64,000 bases of DNA from Epiperipatus broadwayi. Its lineage: Eukaryota > Animalia > Onychophora. Both the position numbers and the translations under genes were made by a program. This document shows, in pieces, positions 12,781 to 26,500 of the stretch (position 1 is its first letter; each line of letters starts with the position of its first letter). The stretch lies in NCBI GenBank assembly GCA_028023455.1, contig JAQFVV010000008.1, positions 1,798,001-1,862,000 on the forward strand, read 5' to 3'. The notes below the pieces were generated by a model that saw only the letters and a list, made by a program, of their open reading frames with translations, was not told where the DNA came from and did no database searches.

Positions 12781-15700
12781 CCATAGAGCATCCAGTCAGT
12801 TATATAGTATATATATATATACTCACATACAATATTTATTAGCAGTTCTATATAAACTTATTGTGCCTATTAGTAATTAACTTGTCTCACATTGTAATAT
12901 TCCTATTTATAATTTAATTAACAATTCCACTTTTATTTATTTTTTTAAATCAGGTTCTATATAGTTTAATGCTATACTAAAATAGCAGATTTAAAAGGCA
13001 AATGTCCATGTATTGCATGCAAATTCTGTCACTTTTAGTGCTTGAATGTCATCTCTTAAAGTGATAAACCATTCAGTTATGCTTTGAAAATGATAACATT
13101 TGATATTTCAATTACAAATTATAAAACATTATCTAAAATATTAATTGCAGTTAATAATGGCCATATCCACTTATGTATGTTTCATTTATTTCTGATATAT
13201 TGCTAAGTTTTGCTTTCTTAATTTCTTTGTTTATATCCAGCAATTTTTGTCTGATAACAAATGTAGTTTATATCCAATGTTTTTTAATTGATAATAAAAG
13301 TATTTTTTCCTTCATGCTATAATTCTGTCATAATTTCATAATTTGATGTTTATTTTGTCATATTTTAATTTGTCCAGTTATATTTGATTATCCAATGTTT
13401 TTCACTAATAAAACAAATGCTTTGTCCACAATTATCTTGTTTTTTGAAGACAAATGTTGATATATGATTACTGAAAGAAATATAAATAACTTTAGATTTT
13501 TTGATATCAAATATAATTATAGCTAAAAATAGAGAAGACTTCTAGAGTATTACTTGGACAATTTAAAAAATGAAAAAATGGGATTCTAACTAAATAGAAG
13601 ATATTAATATTATAATGGTTGGGGACATGGCGACTCTTACATTAGAGTTCTGCTGCCAGGGCACCATAAGGCCAAATGAACCTGAAAATTTATATAGGCT
13701 GGCAGTACTTACAGTAAGATCCAGAATTTAAATAAATATGACTGTAATGTCCCAGTTACTAGCTCATGGAGCAGCAGAGAGAATAAAAAATAAGAATAAG
13801 CCACTGCCATATTAACAATACCCAAAACATTTATTTTACACATATATAAAATTAAGAATTATTTATTTTAGTATAATGTTTACTTTAGAATTGATTTAAT
13901 TTACATCTTAACTTTTTATTTTAGAAGTTCGCACAAACTGATTAATTAATATTTTATTAGAGTGTCGAATATGGCTAGACTACATAGATTGCACTCGGAA
14001 AAAGAAAATATTCTACATTCCTTATTTAACCCTAGGCCAACAGTTTGCAGTCAAACTAATGCCAATCTATCTGATATATTGATATAATCAATGCAATATG
14101 AATATGACAACACAATACCATACTGTCAGGAATGTACATCTGAACAGCATAGTTATCTAGAAGAAATGTCCCTCGTCCAGTACAGGAATGCTATGTATGT
14201 CTGGAGAGAAGAGCAATGAAATAAATAAAATAAAAAAACTCCATAGGAAGGGGTTGCAGTTCTTTTTGCCGACCTACCATCCCTTTCCATAGGCTAAAGG
14301 GGTGATCCAAGGAGCAGGCAATACTGTCTGCTTCCGATGGTCAATAAGAAATGGGATTATATTGCCCAAGTACGGCGTATAAGGTGATCCTGCATGTAGC
14401 GGATATTCATACTACATTTACTAATACCACTACATCCAATCCCTTAACCCAATCTAACTGTGAAACAAATAACCTGTGATTAACCTCCCTTAAACTAATA
14501 TAACTTTAAAAATCTATGCAGCTGTCCACACCCAACTTAAATTCAACATAATTTACAAGTTTTAGCTTAATAAAAAAAAATCAGCATAAACACTCAAAAA
14601 AAAAAAAACTTAATGGAAATGATTTAAAAATACATATAATAAAAATAATTATTCATAAATGATTTAGTTTAATCAGATAGGAATTCATATTTCTATTTAA
14701 ATACTGGAAAAAGTTTTATATTTAAAGTTCATGAGTTATCTAGAGTTCTTACAGTTTTAAAAAAAAGTCCATACTTTATTGTTGTTTGTGATTTGGATTC
14801 CATGTTGTTTCTAATTTCCACGATGGCCTAGGGAGCCCAGTGTGCTGTTAGCCATTCTGGTGGTATTCATCGGGAGGTCCTTTGCTCTAGCTGGTATAGC
14901 TCTTTGCAGGATTTTATTGCAGGACCGTGGTGTCCACAATATAGGAAAACGATACTTCATTTTTTCCTTTGGAAAAACTTAAGGGATTGAAAGTGCATCT
15001 TCTCAATCCCTTCTCCTTCAACTCTCCTGGAACTAAAAAAAAAAACAGAAAAATTATTGATGCTTTCAAACTGGGATGCTATTAAACATTTCTATGGACA
15101 GCATTGAACATGAGCAAATAGATATTTAATCAGATTATATCCAAACTCTTGTTTGATATTGAAACTATTTTATTTTGGTAATATTATTTGATCTAATTCA
15201 TTTGAATAGTTTATTATGCTTGAAAAATTTTGTGGTAAAAGAAGAAAGGGAAGACTAGCAATATGATTATAAATGAACTCTACTATCATATTTGAGTAAA
15301 CCATAAAACTAAAAAAATGATTCATCATTTTGGAAAATGTTATTCACTCTTGATTTGAAGCACATAATATTAATAACTATAGAACACTGTATTAATTGTA
15401 TCATAACACAAAAACTATTTTAAACATAAAAATATGTCTTGTAAACTTTGTTTAATCATACTTTTTTTTTTTTTACTGTGCAAAGAACAATACAAAAGTA
15501 TATAAAAAACATGAATAATATATCACTTTAACAAGATTTTTTACAACTATTTCTATTAGTACAAATAACAAATTATAGCAACACAATCTTCAATGCACTT
15601 AATATAATGTAATCACAGTATATTACTATATCCAAAATTGCAAAAATATCTGACAGTTTCAATTATTTAATAGTTTTCTTCAGAGTTCTTTCCACTAATT

Positions 15701-17869
15701 AAAAAAAATAGAAACATTTAAACTGTAAAAGCAAAAAAAAAAAAAATATTGAATTTTTATTCCCAATCAGGACGTTATCATTTTGACTCCAGCAATTTTT
15801 GAAGAAAATAATTGTGTATGTTTAAAAGAAAAAAGAAAAGTAGTACATGTTTTGATTATTGTTTTTTAAAAATAAATTTAACATAGTTTTCAAGTTTAAT
15901 TTTTTTTTATATATTCAAAATATAGTTTTAAGTGTATTTGCTTTAAATGTAATTATGAATAGTAAGATAATATAATGCAAAAAGTCTTAAAATTGACAAA
16001 TACTATTTTACAACTATAAACACCTTTGATAGTAATATATTCCTCTCTTAATTGACAGGGAAATCGGATTTATATTATTTTATTGCAATCATTATTATTT
16101 TTAATAACTAATTCTTTCTTTGCTTTTGATGAAATGACACAGATCTACATCATGCTCTTCTTTTGGCTCTCTATTATTTCTTAAATAATTGAAGAGAATA
16201 GTCTTTTTTTTATCATACCTCCATAAGTAGAGGAGTAACACTTGCCAAATTTTTCCATTTGAATGTTTCACTGTATGAGTAACCATACATTTGTTCAAAA
16301 TAAACATTTATATCTTGAGTTTAATTTTTCATTCTCTGAACTTCTTGTTGATTTTTAAGATTAAATTTCCTATTTTAGTTTTGTCTGTCTATAATTTAAT
16401 TATTATATTTATTCCTGTCTAAATTGATTTTTTTTAAAAATATTAGCTGTTTTCTTTGCATTAATACATGTTCTATTAATTCCTAATCTATATTTTATAT
16501 CTTTAGTTGAAGCCTATTAAAAGAAAACACACTTTTAAGGGCATAGGAGAGCAGTTTATTCTAAAGTTTACTTCTTTATTAAGCATTTATGATCCCATTC
16601 AACCTTTCTGCTATGTTAAGTAATTTTAGATGATGTCCTATTGTAAATTTATTAATTCTCCCTCAATTATTTATTTGTCAGGTAGAACTCAAATTTATAG
16701 TTATGGCTATAAGCTGAATAATTGCCTTCTCACAAATGGCAAAAACACAAATTACTTTCTTAAAAAAATTGAATAAAAGCTCTTTAGCTATAGAAATAAT
16801 TATGAGAATCCTTTGCCAGAATGTCATTGTCTCATTTTATGAAAAAGAATCAACTGCATCTATACTGATCCTAATAAATAGTTTTATGTTATCACTAATT
16901 TTATTTCTCTGATGTATCTGTTGCTAGTATAATAAATTTAACCTCTTGACAATTAGCAGGTACATTCTATCCTCTCAGATATGAAACTGGATTCCTTTAC
17001 ACTTTTCTTTATGGCATTTAAGTTCTAAAAATATTTATTATTGTTTAGATTCAAAAGGCAATATTAAAAACAACATAGAAGATTTGTATTGCTTTATATA
17101 ATTATAACTTTAAGTATAATAGGATTATATGCTAAGAATATATTTTGGGAAATTTGGGATTTTTATAAAACCTCATATTTAGATTCCATGTATGACTGAA
17201 CCAAATAATTTTTTTTTCTGCTATATCCCAATAATTAATTATTTATAGCCAAGATAATCAGACATATTATTGGGATATTTAAAGCTAAACAAGAATTAAA
17301 ATTATGCTATCATCTGTCATTCTTAACTTGGAAATCATTCAATAAATTCAGAACTTATTTATTTGGATCAAAACTAATCTCAATATGTGGAAATAAATTA
17401 TAGCCTGAAATAAGAACAGTGATTATGGAACATCTACATAATGTTTAATTCAGAAAATGAAAGTAAAGATAACTTCTGGTTGCCATTAATTGTCCTCCTC
17501 ACAGATATTAAATTTTTAGAAACTAATTTATGTGTTTGTTTAGTAATATTATTCATATTTACACAAATGACTTCTGAGTAGAGTGATATTATTTAATTTT
17601 ATACAATTTTTACTAATCAATTAATTAATAACAATTGCTCATTAGTTTTCATTCTTACAAAATAATCCATCCACGGGTAAATATCATATAAAAAACATTT
17701 CTTCCACTTCTTTTAAAACTTATATTTATTTTATATGAATTATTAATTTTTTTCTTACAAATTTCCATTTACTTTTCAATTATATTTTATAGTTATTATC
17801 AAAGGATTATATATCCTTAATTGTCTAAAAAAATAAAAATAAAATATCAGCATTATATATATTTCCCTG

Positions 17870-18050
17870 GAAAAATGAATATAAAATATCAGTATAAATA
17901 TGATAAAGAAGGAAACATGATGAACAGATGATATGGGAAAATTCACCAGGGTATTATGAAGAAGAAAGGCTAGGGATTGGAGAAATTGGATTAGACGTGG
18001 AGGGACATTCACCCTGTAGTGGATTGATAATGTTTACAAATGATGGTGAT
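17870..18050 (+). mobile_element. RTE LINE 3' end fragment (same family as 45.4-48 kb)
   Basis: gtagtggattgataatg..aaatgatggtga matches the 3' end of the 45.4 kb copy; RRKARDWRNW translation. Confidence 0.65.
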
Positions 18051-19232
18051 AATTTTTAACAATTATAGCTTTGCAAATAACATTTTTTGTTAATATCAAT
18101 TAATTACTTTCTGTTACTGATTGTTCATATGTTAATGTAATGATGCGTTTTTATTCAAGCCGACCTAAAACATTTTGCTACACTGTGCAGTGACATATTT
18201 TGTTGCTCCTTCCCTTATAAAATCTCTTTTTATGATGTCTTAAAAGTCAAGATGATCATCCAGGTTTTAATATATCTGATCACAAATTCATAAGATAATG
18301 AAAAATGATTATAAAAAATATTTTTTATGGAAATTGAAGGTCAATTAAGTTAATTTTATTTTTATTAATAAAATGTAAACATAGTTTTGTTTTTATTTTG
18401 GAAATTTTTTATATTCGGACAATCATAACTACAAAAGAGCAAATTTTTGTAAATATATTTATTAGTAAATGATTTTTGTTAATAATGTTAAAAAATGTTG
18501 TAGTAAAATTTATATAAGTCATTGGAAAAAGACATCCAGTATTGTTGAAAATTATTTCAGAACTGGCTGCATTCTCTGGGCTCATGCCATTATAAAATAT
18601 GAATAAGGAACAATAGAAATTATACATAAAAGACATAATAATAAGTATTGATGTGTCATAAAGAATTTAAAATTATATGTAATCTAATTTTGTAATTTTT
18701 TGTTTATTAAGAATATATTATTCTATTTACTTTCAGCAATTTTGACCATATAAATGTATTTTAATGTCATATCAGGTCAACTTAGGCCAACAATAGAATA
18801 AAGCAACATAATATTGCATTGTTAAATGACTGATTTTTTTGAATATCTATAAAATAATGAACTTTTATTATATAAAAATTTATTAACAATACATCCTGAA
18901 ATTAGGCCAATTTTGCTAACCCTAAAAATTTGTTGCCCCATACAAATGTATAGATTGCAGAGGTGGCTGAGCTGGCCCTGTATTTTCTTATATAAAGCTT
19001 TCTAAAGAGAAAGTTAAGAGTTCCTGTAATTATTTTTGTCTTCAATGATAGATTATCATCTACAAATAAAGTATTATCATTTGTTAGTTTGTAGAAATGG
19101 TTGATGTAAAAAATCCTATTAAGTTCATATAAATAGCAGTTATCTTATATGTGATTTATTTCTTCAGAAATCTGAAATTTCACGGATTGTATGAGAATGT
19201 TAAATACCATATTCTTATATTTATGCAATATA

Positions 19233-20938
19233 CCAGAGTGTCCATAAAGTTCTGTGCAATTTAAAAAAAATTTATAACTTTATTAGTATTATGTAGAATG
19301 GATTGGAAATAAGAAAATCTATAATTTTTTTGTTTTATTGTATTTTATTAAGTTTCCACATGTCCACCATCATTAGTTATACAAAGGATAATACGATTTT
19401 GTAGTTTTCTAAAAACATTTGCCAATTGATTTACAGTAATGCCTGAAATCATATTAGTTCATTTTAGCTTTCAAGTCTTCTAATAATAGCGATTTGATTG
19501 CATACACTATTGTTTTCACATGTCCCCACAAAAAAAAATCTAATGGAGTCAAGTCTGGCAAACATGGAGGCCAAGAAAATGCTTCACCTCTTCCAATTCC
19601 ATCTGTTAGGAAATTTCTGATTTAGAAACTGTCTAACGCACAGAGCAAAGTCACAAAAAGTTTCATCTTGTTGAAATACTGTATCATCTTTTAGTCCTAA
19701 TTATTAAAGGTGAGAAATAAAGTAATTCTGCAGCATATCTAAGTAAATGTCACTGTTAATAACATGACTTTCAAAAAAGAATGCCCTATGATTTGATTTT
19801 TTCCCAAAGCATATCACACATTAACTTTAGGAGAGTCTCTTTTATGTTCAACAGTTTCATTTAGGTTTCCAGTTCCCCTAATCTGGCAATTATGCCTGTT
19901 GATCTTGCCATTAATATGAAATGTTATTTCATCAAAGACCATTAAACTACTCACAAATGCATCATCATTGCCATGTTTTTCATTGAACTGATGGCAGAAA
20001 GTTAGCCGTGCATAATAGTCCTCTTCTATCAACATTTGATGCAATTGAATTTTGTAAGGTTTCATGTGAAGTCTTTTCCACAGAATTTTATGAACAATGG
20101 ACTTTGAAAGTCTCAGATCTAGTGGTGCTCTCCTTAATGACTTTCTTGGACTTGCATTAAAAGATTGTTCTAGGATACTACACTTTCTTCACTGACACAT
20201 GGCCTACTAGACCAGGGGTCTCCAACATGGCACCCGCAGACCATTTTACGTGTGCCCGCTGCTATCCGAACATGATAAAAAATTATTTATCTCATACAAA
20301 TAAATTTAATTTTTAAAATTTCTTATAAATTATTGTATTATATTGTAATCAAATTGTAGGGCATACTATACTTTTACAGCGTAAAAATATAAATGTTAAT
20401 ATGTTAAAATTTTATTTTTGAAATAAATATTTTTTTGTACATTATGTGTATTATTAACAATATCCAACTATAAATTTACATTGAAAAAATAAATGGTGCT
20501 CGCCACCTGGTTGAAAAAATAAATGGTGCCCGCCACCTGGCCGGTATTATAGAATGTGCTCTTAAGTGCAAAAAGGTTGGGGAACCCTGTACTAGACCAT
20601 GGCTTATCGCAGATTGAGCTTGTCTCTTTGAATTTTTTCATCCATTTGACAATAGAGCTTCTATGAGATGGTTCTTTACTGTATTTTGTTCTAAACTTTC
20701 TTTGTACAGCAACAGTATATTTCAGTTCAGCCAACCAAAGGACACAATTTATTTTTCTTCAGTTGAAGCCCCGGGTCATGTAATTCTGAAAAAGAAGTAT
20801 TTGCAAAGTTTTGAAAAAAAAAAAATATTGTGTTGAAGAGTTAAGCTTTGTAATAATTTTTATAGATTTTTTCTATTACAAATACTAATAAAGTTATAGA
20901 TTTTTTAAATTGCACACAGATTTTATCGACAGCCTCTA
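19233..20938 (-). mobile_element. Tc1/mariner-superfamily DNA transposon (DUF4817/Tc3-like transposase, decayed)
   Basis: Imperfect TIRs (cagagtgtccataaagttctgtgcaatt versus rc of aattgcacacagattttatcgacagcctc) with TA flanks; fragments VAVQRKFRTKY, MKPYKIQL, DEITFHINGKINRHNC and WPPCLPDLTPLDFFLWGHVK. Confidence 0.9.
20213..20589. mobile_element. hAT-type MITE nested in the mariner transposase
   Basis: TIR caggggtctccaac / gttggggaaccctg; perfect 8-bp TSD tactagac at 20205-20212 and 20590-20597. Confidence 0.92.
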
Positions 20939-21449
20939 TATAATTATGGCACATGTTTATTATTGGTTGTGAGTAGTAGATATCTAAATATAATAAACAA
21001 CTTTATTAGTATTGACTTGTTTCAAATTATATGAAATATTAACTTACTATTTATTTTTTATGAATTACTTTAGTATTATGGATTATTGTTCCTTGATAAG
21101 AAACTATTGAAAAAACTTTTGGCTTGCAGTGAGCTATAAAAACTGTTTTATTATTTTTTTTTTTTACAGTTTACAATCCCTGATGTTTTTTTAGCTTATT
21201 TATATAATTTTTTATTCAATATTTTTTATTAAATACATAAACAAAGCAAAATTTATATTCTTTATTTACCTGTGTACATTCTATTTGATGAATAATTCTT
21301 TATCACAAAAAGTACCTCATTAAAACAAAACAAATAGATAATAAAATAATATGAAATAAAAAATTTATATATTTTATTAAAATATTATTTTATTACACAA
21401 AAAGAAATTATATTTAAAATTTGCCATAATTTGATTATTATTTTAATAG

Positions 21450-21571
21450 TATTTAGCAGAAAGAAGACAAGCCATTACAGAATTTATAGACATTGTCATC
21501 AAAACATATTTACCTAATACTTATGCTGAGAGAAAACATCTACATGAAGAAGAAATAATTGAATTAACCAG
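21450..21571 (+). CDS. LONRF: LONRF exon, RING-LON linker
   Basis: taatag| acceptor and CAG|gtattg donor; YLAERRQAITEFIDIVIKTYLPNTYAERKHLHEEEIIELT; phases 0/2 match the neighbouring exons. Confidence 0.9.
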
Positions 21572-22444
21572 GTATTGTTTATTTATTTTCTACTTGTATA
21601 TCAGTAGTAAATGCTTTAATATTGAGAATAATTTATTATAATATTTAAAACATATTTGCATTATTATACTTATTAAATACTTTATTGTATATTTGTAATT
21701 AATGGTTTTACTATTTATAAAGGTGCAAGCATATTCTTTAAATTGTATATTAGAACATTTCACTTTGGAAAATTGAAATTAATTTTTTAATTTCAATAAC
21801 AAACTATATGTAATAATTAAATTTATTTTTTCACTAATTCACATATTTCTTATTTCAATTAATCTGCAATTTTTCCAATTTCATACATGATTGAATGTAA
21901 TTAAGTTAAACATTATTTACTTTTATATCTTGTTCATCTTTTCACAATATACATTTTGGAAAATATGCATTTTCATAATATATTCCAGCTATAATATGCA
22001 GTTACTGTGCTAGTAATTTGACTTTGATTTTTATTTTCATTCTTTAGATTAAGATTGAAAAGCAGTAATTATAAATTCCATCAATTATACTAGTATGACT
22101 AATTATATCACCTACAATCAATATTTTAGAATTATTCTTTCTACACTTATCTATGTCTCTGTTAAAATATTTCCACATATTCTTATTCCATTCTTCTAAA
22201 TCTAATTTCAGTCTTAACCACATATTCTTTTATAATTTTTTTCCAAAAACATGTGAAACTTACTTTATAGTAGCAAATTTCTTTTTCTCTCAAGAGTGTG
22301 ATATTCTATAATCACAACATATTTTTAAGTAATGTGCTCATTACTAGCTATGCTCATATTATAGTTAGTGAGGCACACAAATATATAGGTGCATACATTT
22401 TAAATATAGAATTGTGTGTGAGTGTTTTTTTACATAATAAGTAG

Positions 22445-23195
22445 TGAGATATTTTATATAGCGCTATGTTTTTTATGTAATGGTAATATTAGCGATTAAG
22501 CCAATGCACATGCACTTTAAAGATAAATTATAAATGAATACTCTTAATTTTTCCAGACATGAGACATAGTATTTTAGAAAGAATGGAATGAATCACCCAT
22601 TCTTTTGAACCAAACATTTATGTATGGGTAAATCTTAAGTGTGTGGAATTAAGAGTGTGAAGGTGTTACACGATCACTTTAAATTACATTTGTTATGTTT
22701 GAACGAATGACACTTGCAAAATCTTTACAATTTACGACCTGTCATTCTTTAGTTGAAATTAAACATATATTTTATATAGCGCTATGTTTTTTATGTAATA
22801 GTAATATTAGCGATTAAGCCAATGCACATGTGCTTTAAAGATAAATTATAAATGAATACTCTCAATTTTTCCAGTCACGAGCGCTATATAAAATAATATC
22901 TCATTATATATGTTTAATTTCAACTAAAGAATGACAGTTCGTAAATTGTAAAGATTTTGCAAGTGTCATTCGTTCAAACATAACAAATATAATTTAAAGT
23001 GATCGTATAACACCTTCACGCTCTTAATTCCACACCCTTAAGATTTGCCCATACATAAACATTTGGGTCGAAAGAATGGGTGATTCATTCCATTCTTTCT
23101 AAAATACTATATCTTGTGTCTGGAAAAATTGAGAGTATTCATTTATAATTTATCTTTAAAGTGCATAAGCATTGACTTAATCACTAATATTACTG
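22445..23195. repeat. Family C: ~318-bp unit, 1.35 tandem copies followed by an inverted copy
   Basis: tttatatagcgctatg at 22452 and 22770; from 22881 the sequence is the reverse complement of the unit (about 94% identity by eye). Confidence 0.9.
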
Positions 23196-23231
23196 TAATA
23201 AGTAATGTAAAATGGGTAATATGATTAGTAG

Positions 23232-23561
<330 letters not shown>

Positions 23562-26500
23562 TAATTCAAATTGAAATAATGAAAAATTTGATTAGAGACC
23601 ATATAAGATTTAGTTTTCTCTTTAGAAATTTTCATTTTTGATATGTTGATCAATATAATTCTTGGGTCTTGTTACATACTGGAACAATCAGTTTTATCCA
23701 CCTGCCTGTTTCACATATTTTACCCCCACACCTATGCCTATGCCAGGTTTAAACCCTCTCAGATTACCCATTTAAACAACTTCAAATTACTATATATGCA
23801 AAATCGCGTATATATATATATATGCGAATGGTAAGTCTGTAATTTAATAGTATTGTATATATTACAGATATGTATTCATTTTGAAATATTTCTAGTTTAA
23901 GAAATATTTTAGTCTAAATTATTTAGTCAATTTTATGATTATATTACGGAAATTGCATATGTATATAACTAATTTCTCAGACTTGTTATTCTGCATGTAT
24001 GGTAATAAAATTAATTTTCTACTAATTATCAAAGCAACTTTTAATTCTCCTTGTAAACAACTTTTAAATTAGGTCACGCAGTAGTCCTAAAATAGCGCGA
24101 ACTTGATTTTATAAATCTAAAATTTTAATGACAATTCGCAGAATTTTATAGAATTGTTACAATAAACTGAAGGGGAAAAAAGTAGAAAAACAAAATCTAA
24201 ATCAGTTGTCATAATTAAAAATGTTTTTCTAAAATAAAGTAATGGGTTTTGGAATAGTTTCAGTAATTAAATATGTTTTTCTAAAATAAAGTAATGGGTT
24301 TTTCAGCTACGGACAAGTTGGTAAAAATAAACAGGTGGCCAGAGTTAAGAAAATATAAATACTTAAAGTTTTGTGGCCAGAAAAAAGAGTTTTATATATA
24401 AGAGAGTTATTAACTGAATCCACGTTCGTTTCACCTTCAAAATGATGGGATAAAGTAGGCCGTAACTCACCGCCTCCTGCCCTTGCTGGAGAGGAAAGAA
24501 CTTTGGTCCGATAAAACACAATGCCTTACCTCAGCAAAGCAAAGCAGCCTGTAGTAGAAGATTCTCCATTAATATCTAATCATCACCAAAAGTGTCAACT
24601 TATTATCGTCCCAAGTACTCAGAACTGCAATGAAGACAACTGACCGGTAAATTTTCACTCAGAGCTCTGTTCATAAACTGTGACTTTCAATTCTTTATTT
24701 TAAAAGCTAGCTATTTATTAAACCTGTCTTCCAAATACCTTTTCTAAAATCTGCAAAGAAAGCTGTTAAATACTAATGTTTAAATCTTGCCTGAATGTAA
24801 AACTTGTAATGTTAAATTCTCTTTTAAAATGTAAAACTCTGATAATCTATTTTAAACTAAATGTATAATTTTCTGCGGTCTTTTATGCGTATTTCTAATC
24901 TATCCAATTTATTCTATAATTTTATCATTTTAATATTATATGTATTTAATATGCCAAATAACTCGAAACCGCGAGTATTTATAAGTATAATTTTAGCTTA
25001 TCGATCTGCGAAGATAATTTCAAATCTTCACTATAATAAATATTAAATAATTGAATTATTATTTTTCTCACTTGCTGTTTCGAGATCATGTTATTATTTT
25101 ACTGATTAATTTTGTGTATTAATATTCTAATAATCAGTCATTCTCTAGTTAAAATTGTAGTTTGCTTAACTCTAGTTATAAATTATAACTATTTATATAT
25201 GTAACTCATACATCATAGGAACTAGCCACAGAGATATTCTCAAAGCATATTTTAATGTTTTATTCATAATTACCCCGCAAATATGCTTTGTCCTCCTTAG
25301 ATTTATATATGTTGAGATGCAGGTGATAATCTTAAACTAGGTTACTAATTAATTTAGTCCCTAAATAGTATATTTGAAATACTAAATTTGAGAACTGGGT
25401 TGTATAGATATGCAAATAGACGCTATCTATTTTTAAGGCACGCTAATATAATTTTACGTATTTGCGTTATATATGTATAAGTTGCGGATGTGTCCTTACT
25501 AAGTATGCAATGTACAATTATCTGCTTGCTGCATGATTCTTGATGAGTTGCTGGCGGAGGTCACACTTATCCACTTAGTTCGGGTAAAGCACACTCTTTT
25601 AGAACTAGGGCACAAGGACCTAGATTATTCATAATTAATGCTTATCCGACTCCCTGAACTACTAATGTTCCTATTCGTAGCAAGTTGAGTGGTTGTAGGG
25701 AACAACCACTTTGAGGCTGAAGCCCGTGAATAATGACCCATTCGCACCTTCTAGCTTTATTAATATTTTGATATGTGCCATAGAGTATATAGGTAAACCT
25801 ATAATAAACCAGTTTTCTCTCCCTTTATATTAAATGCTTATCTAGCGTCAGTGTATATCCTAATCTAGGTTAACACGCTAACCTGCATATCTCTGAGCCT
25901 AATTATGTGCTCGACTTAACTTGATATAGATAGATGCCATAGAAGCGCTATTAAGTTAGTTATATAACTTTGGCTATTAAGTTCCATATGATTTAGCAGA
26001 CTACACAAGAGCTAGAAATTTGGCATATTAATATAGGCATAAACTCCAATACCGCACTACACTTTATTGAACACTTATAATGAGATAATATGTAACATTA
26101 ATCTCATTAGTTATTCAACATCTGCGAGCATAATATTTCATGTTCTCATTACATAATTTTGTATATTTTAGTTTTACTATTTGTTATTGTTTTATTAAAT
26201 TAATAATATTTAAAATATAACTCGTTTCCATATCTTTATTGTCCGTGAGTTCATTTTATCCAACTCTAGATTTATTTGCACATACATCATTTTATCTATA
26301 TGTAGATCATTCTATTAGGTTCCATAATTAATCACTTAGTCATATGTGTGTATATCTGACCAAATCACTGTTAAGTTAGTTAATTTATGAGTCTCTTGTT
26401 CCACCCTGGGTGACTGTCGGACCGTGGTTAAATTGAATGTCTGTGTAAGTTGAGAAATGTCATCCATAGGATATTAGATCATTGAGCAGAGGTGAAAGGA

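Noticed and set aside
23030-23105. CTTAAGA..GGGTC-GAAA hammerhead-like motif in family C
   Set aside because: The core is mutated in both copies and there is no stem I pairing; GAAA is part of a plain hairpin.
24307-24519. 70-aa minus-strand ORF
   Set aside because: No recognisable domain; the C-terminal half derives from AT-rich low-complexity sequence.
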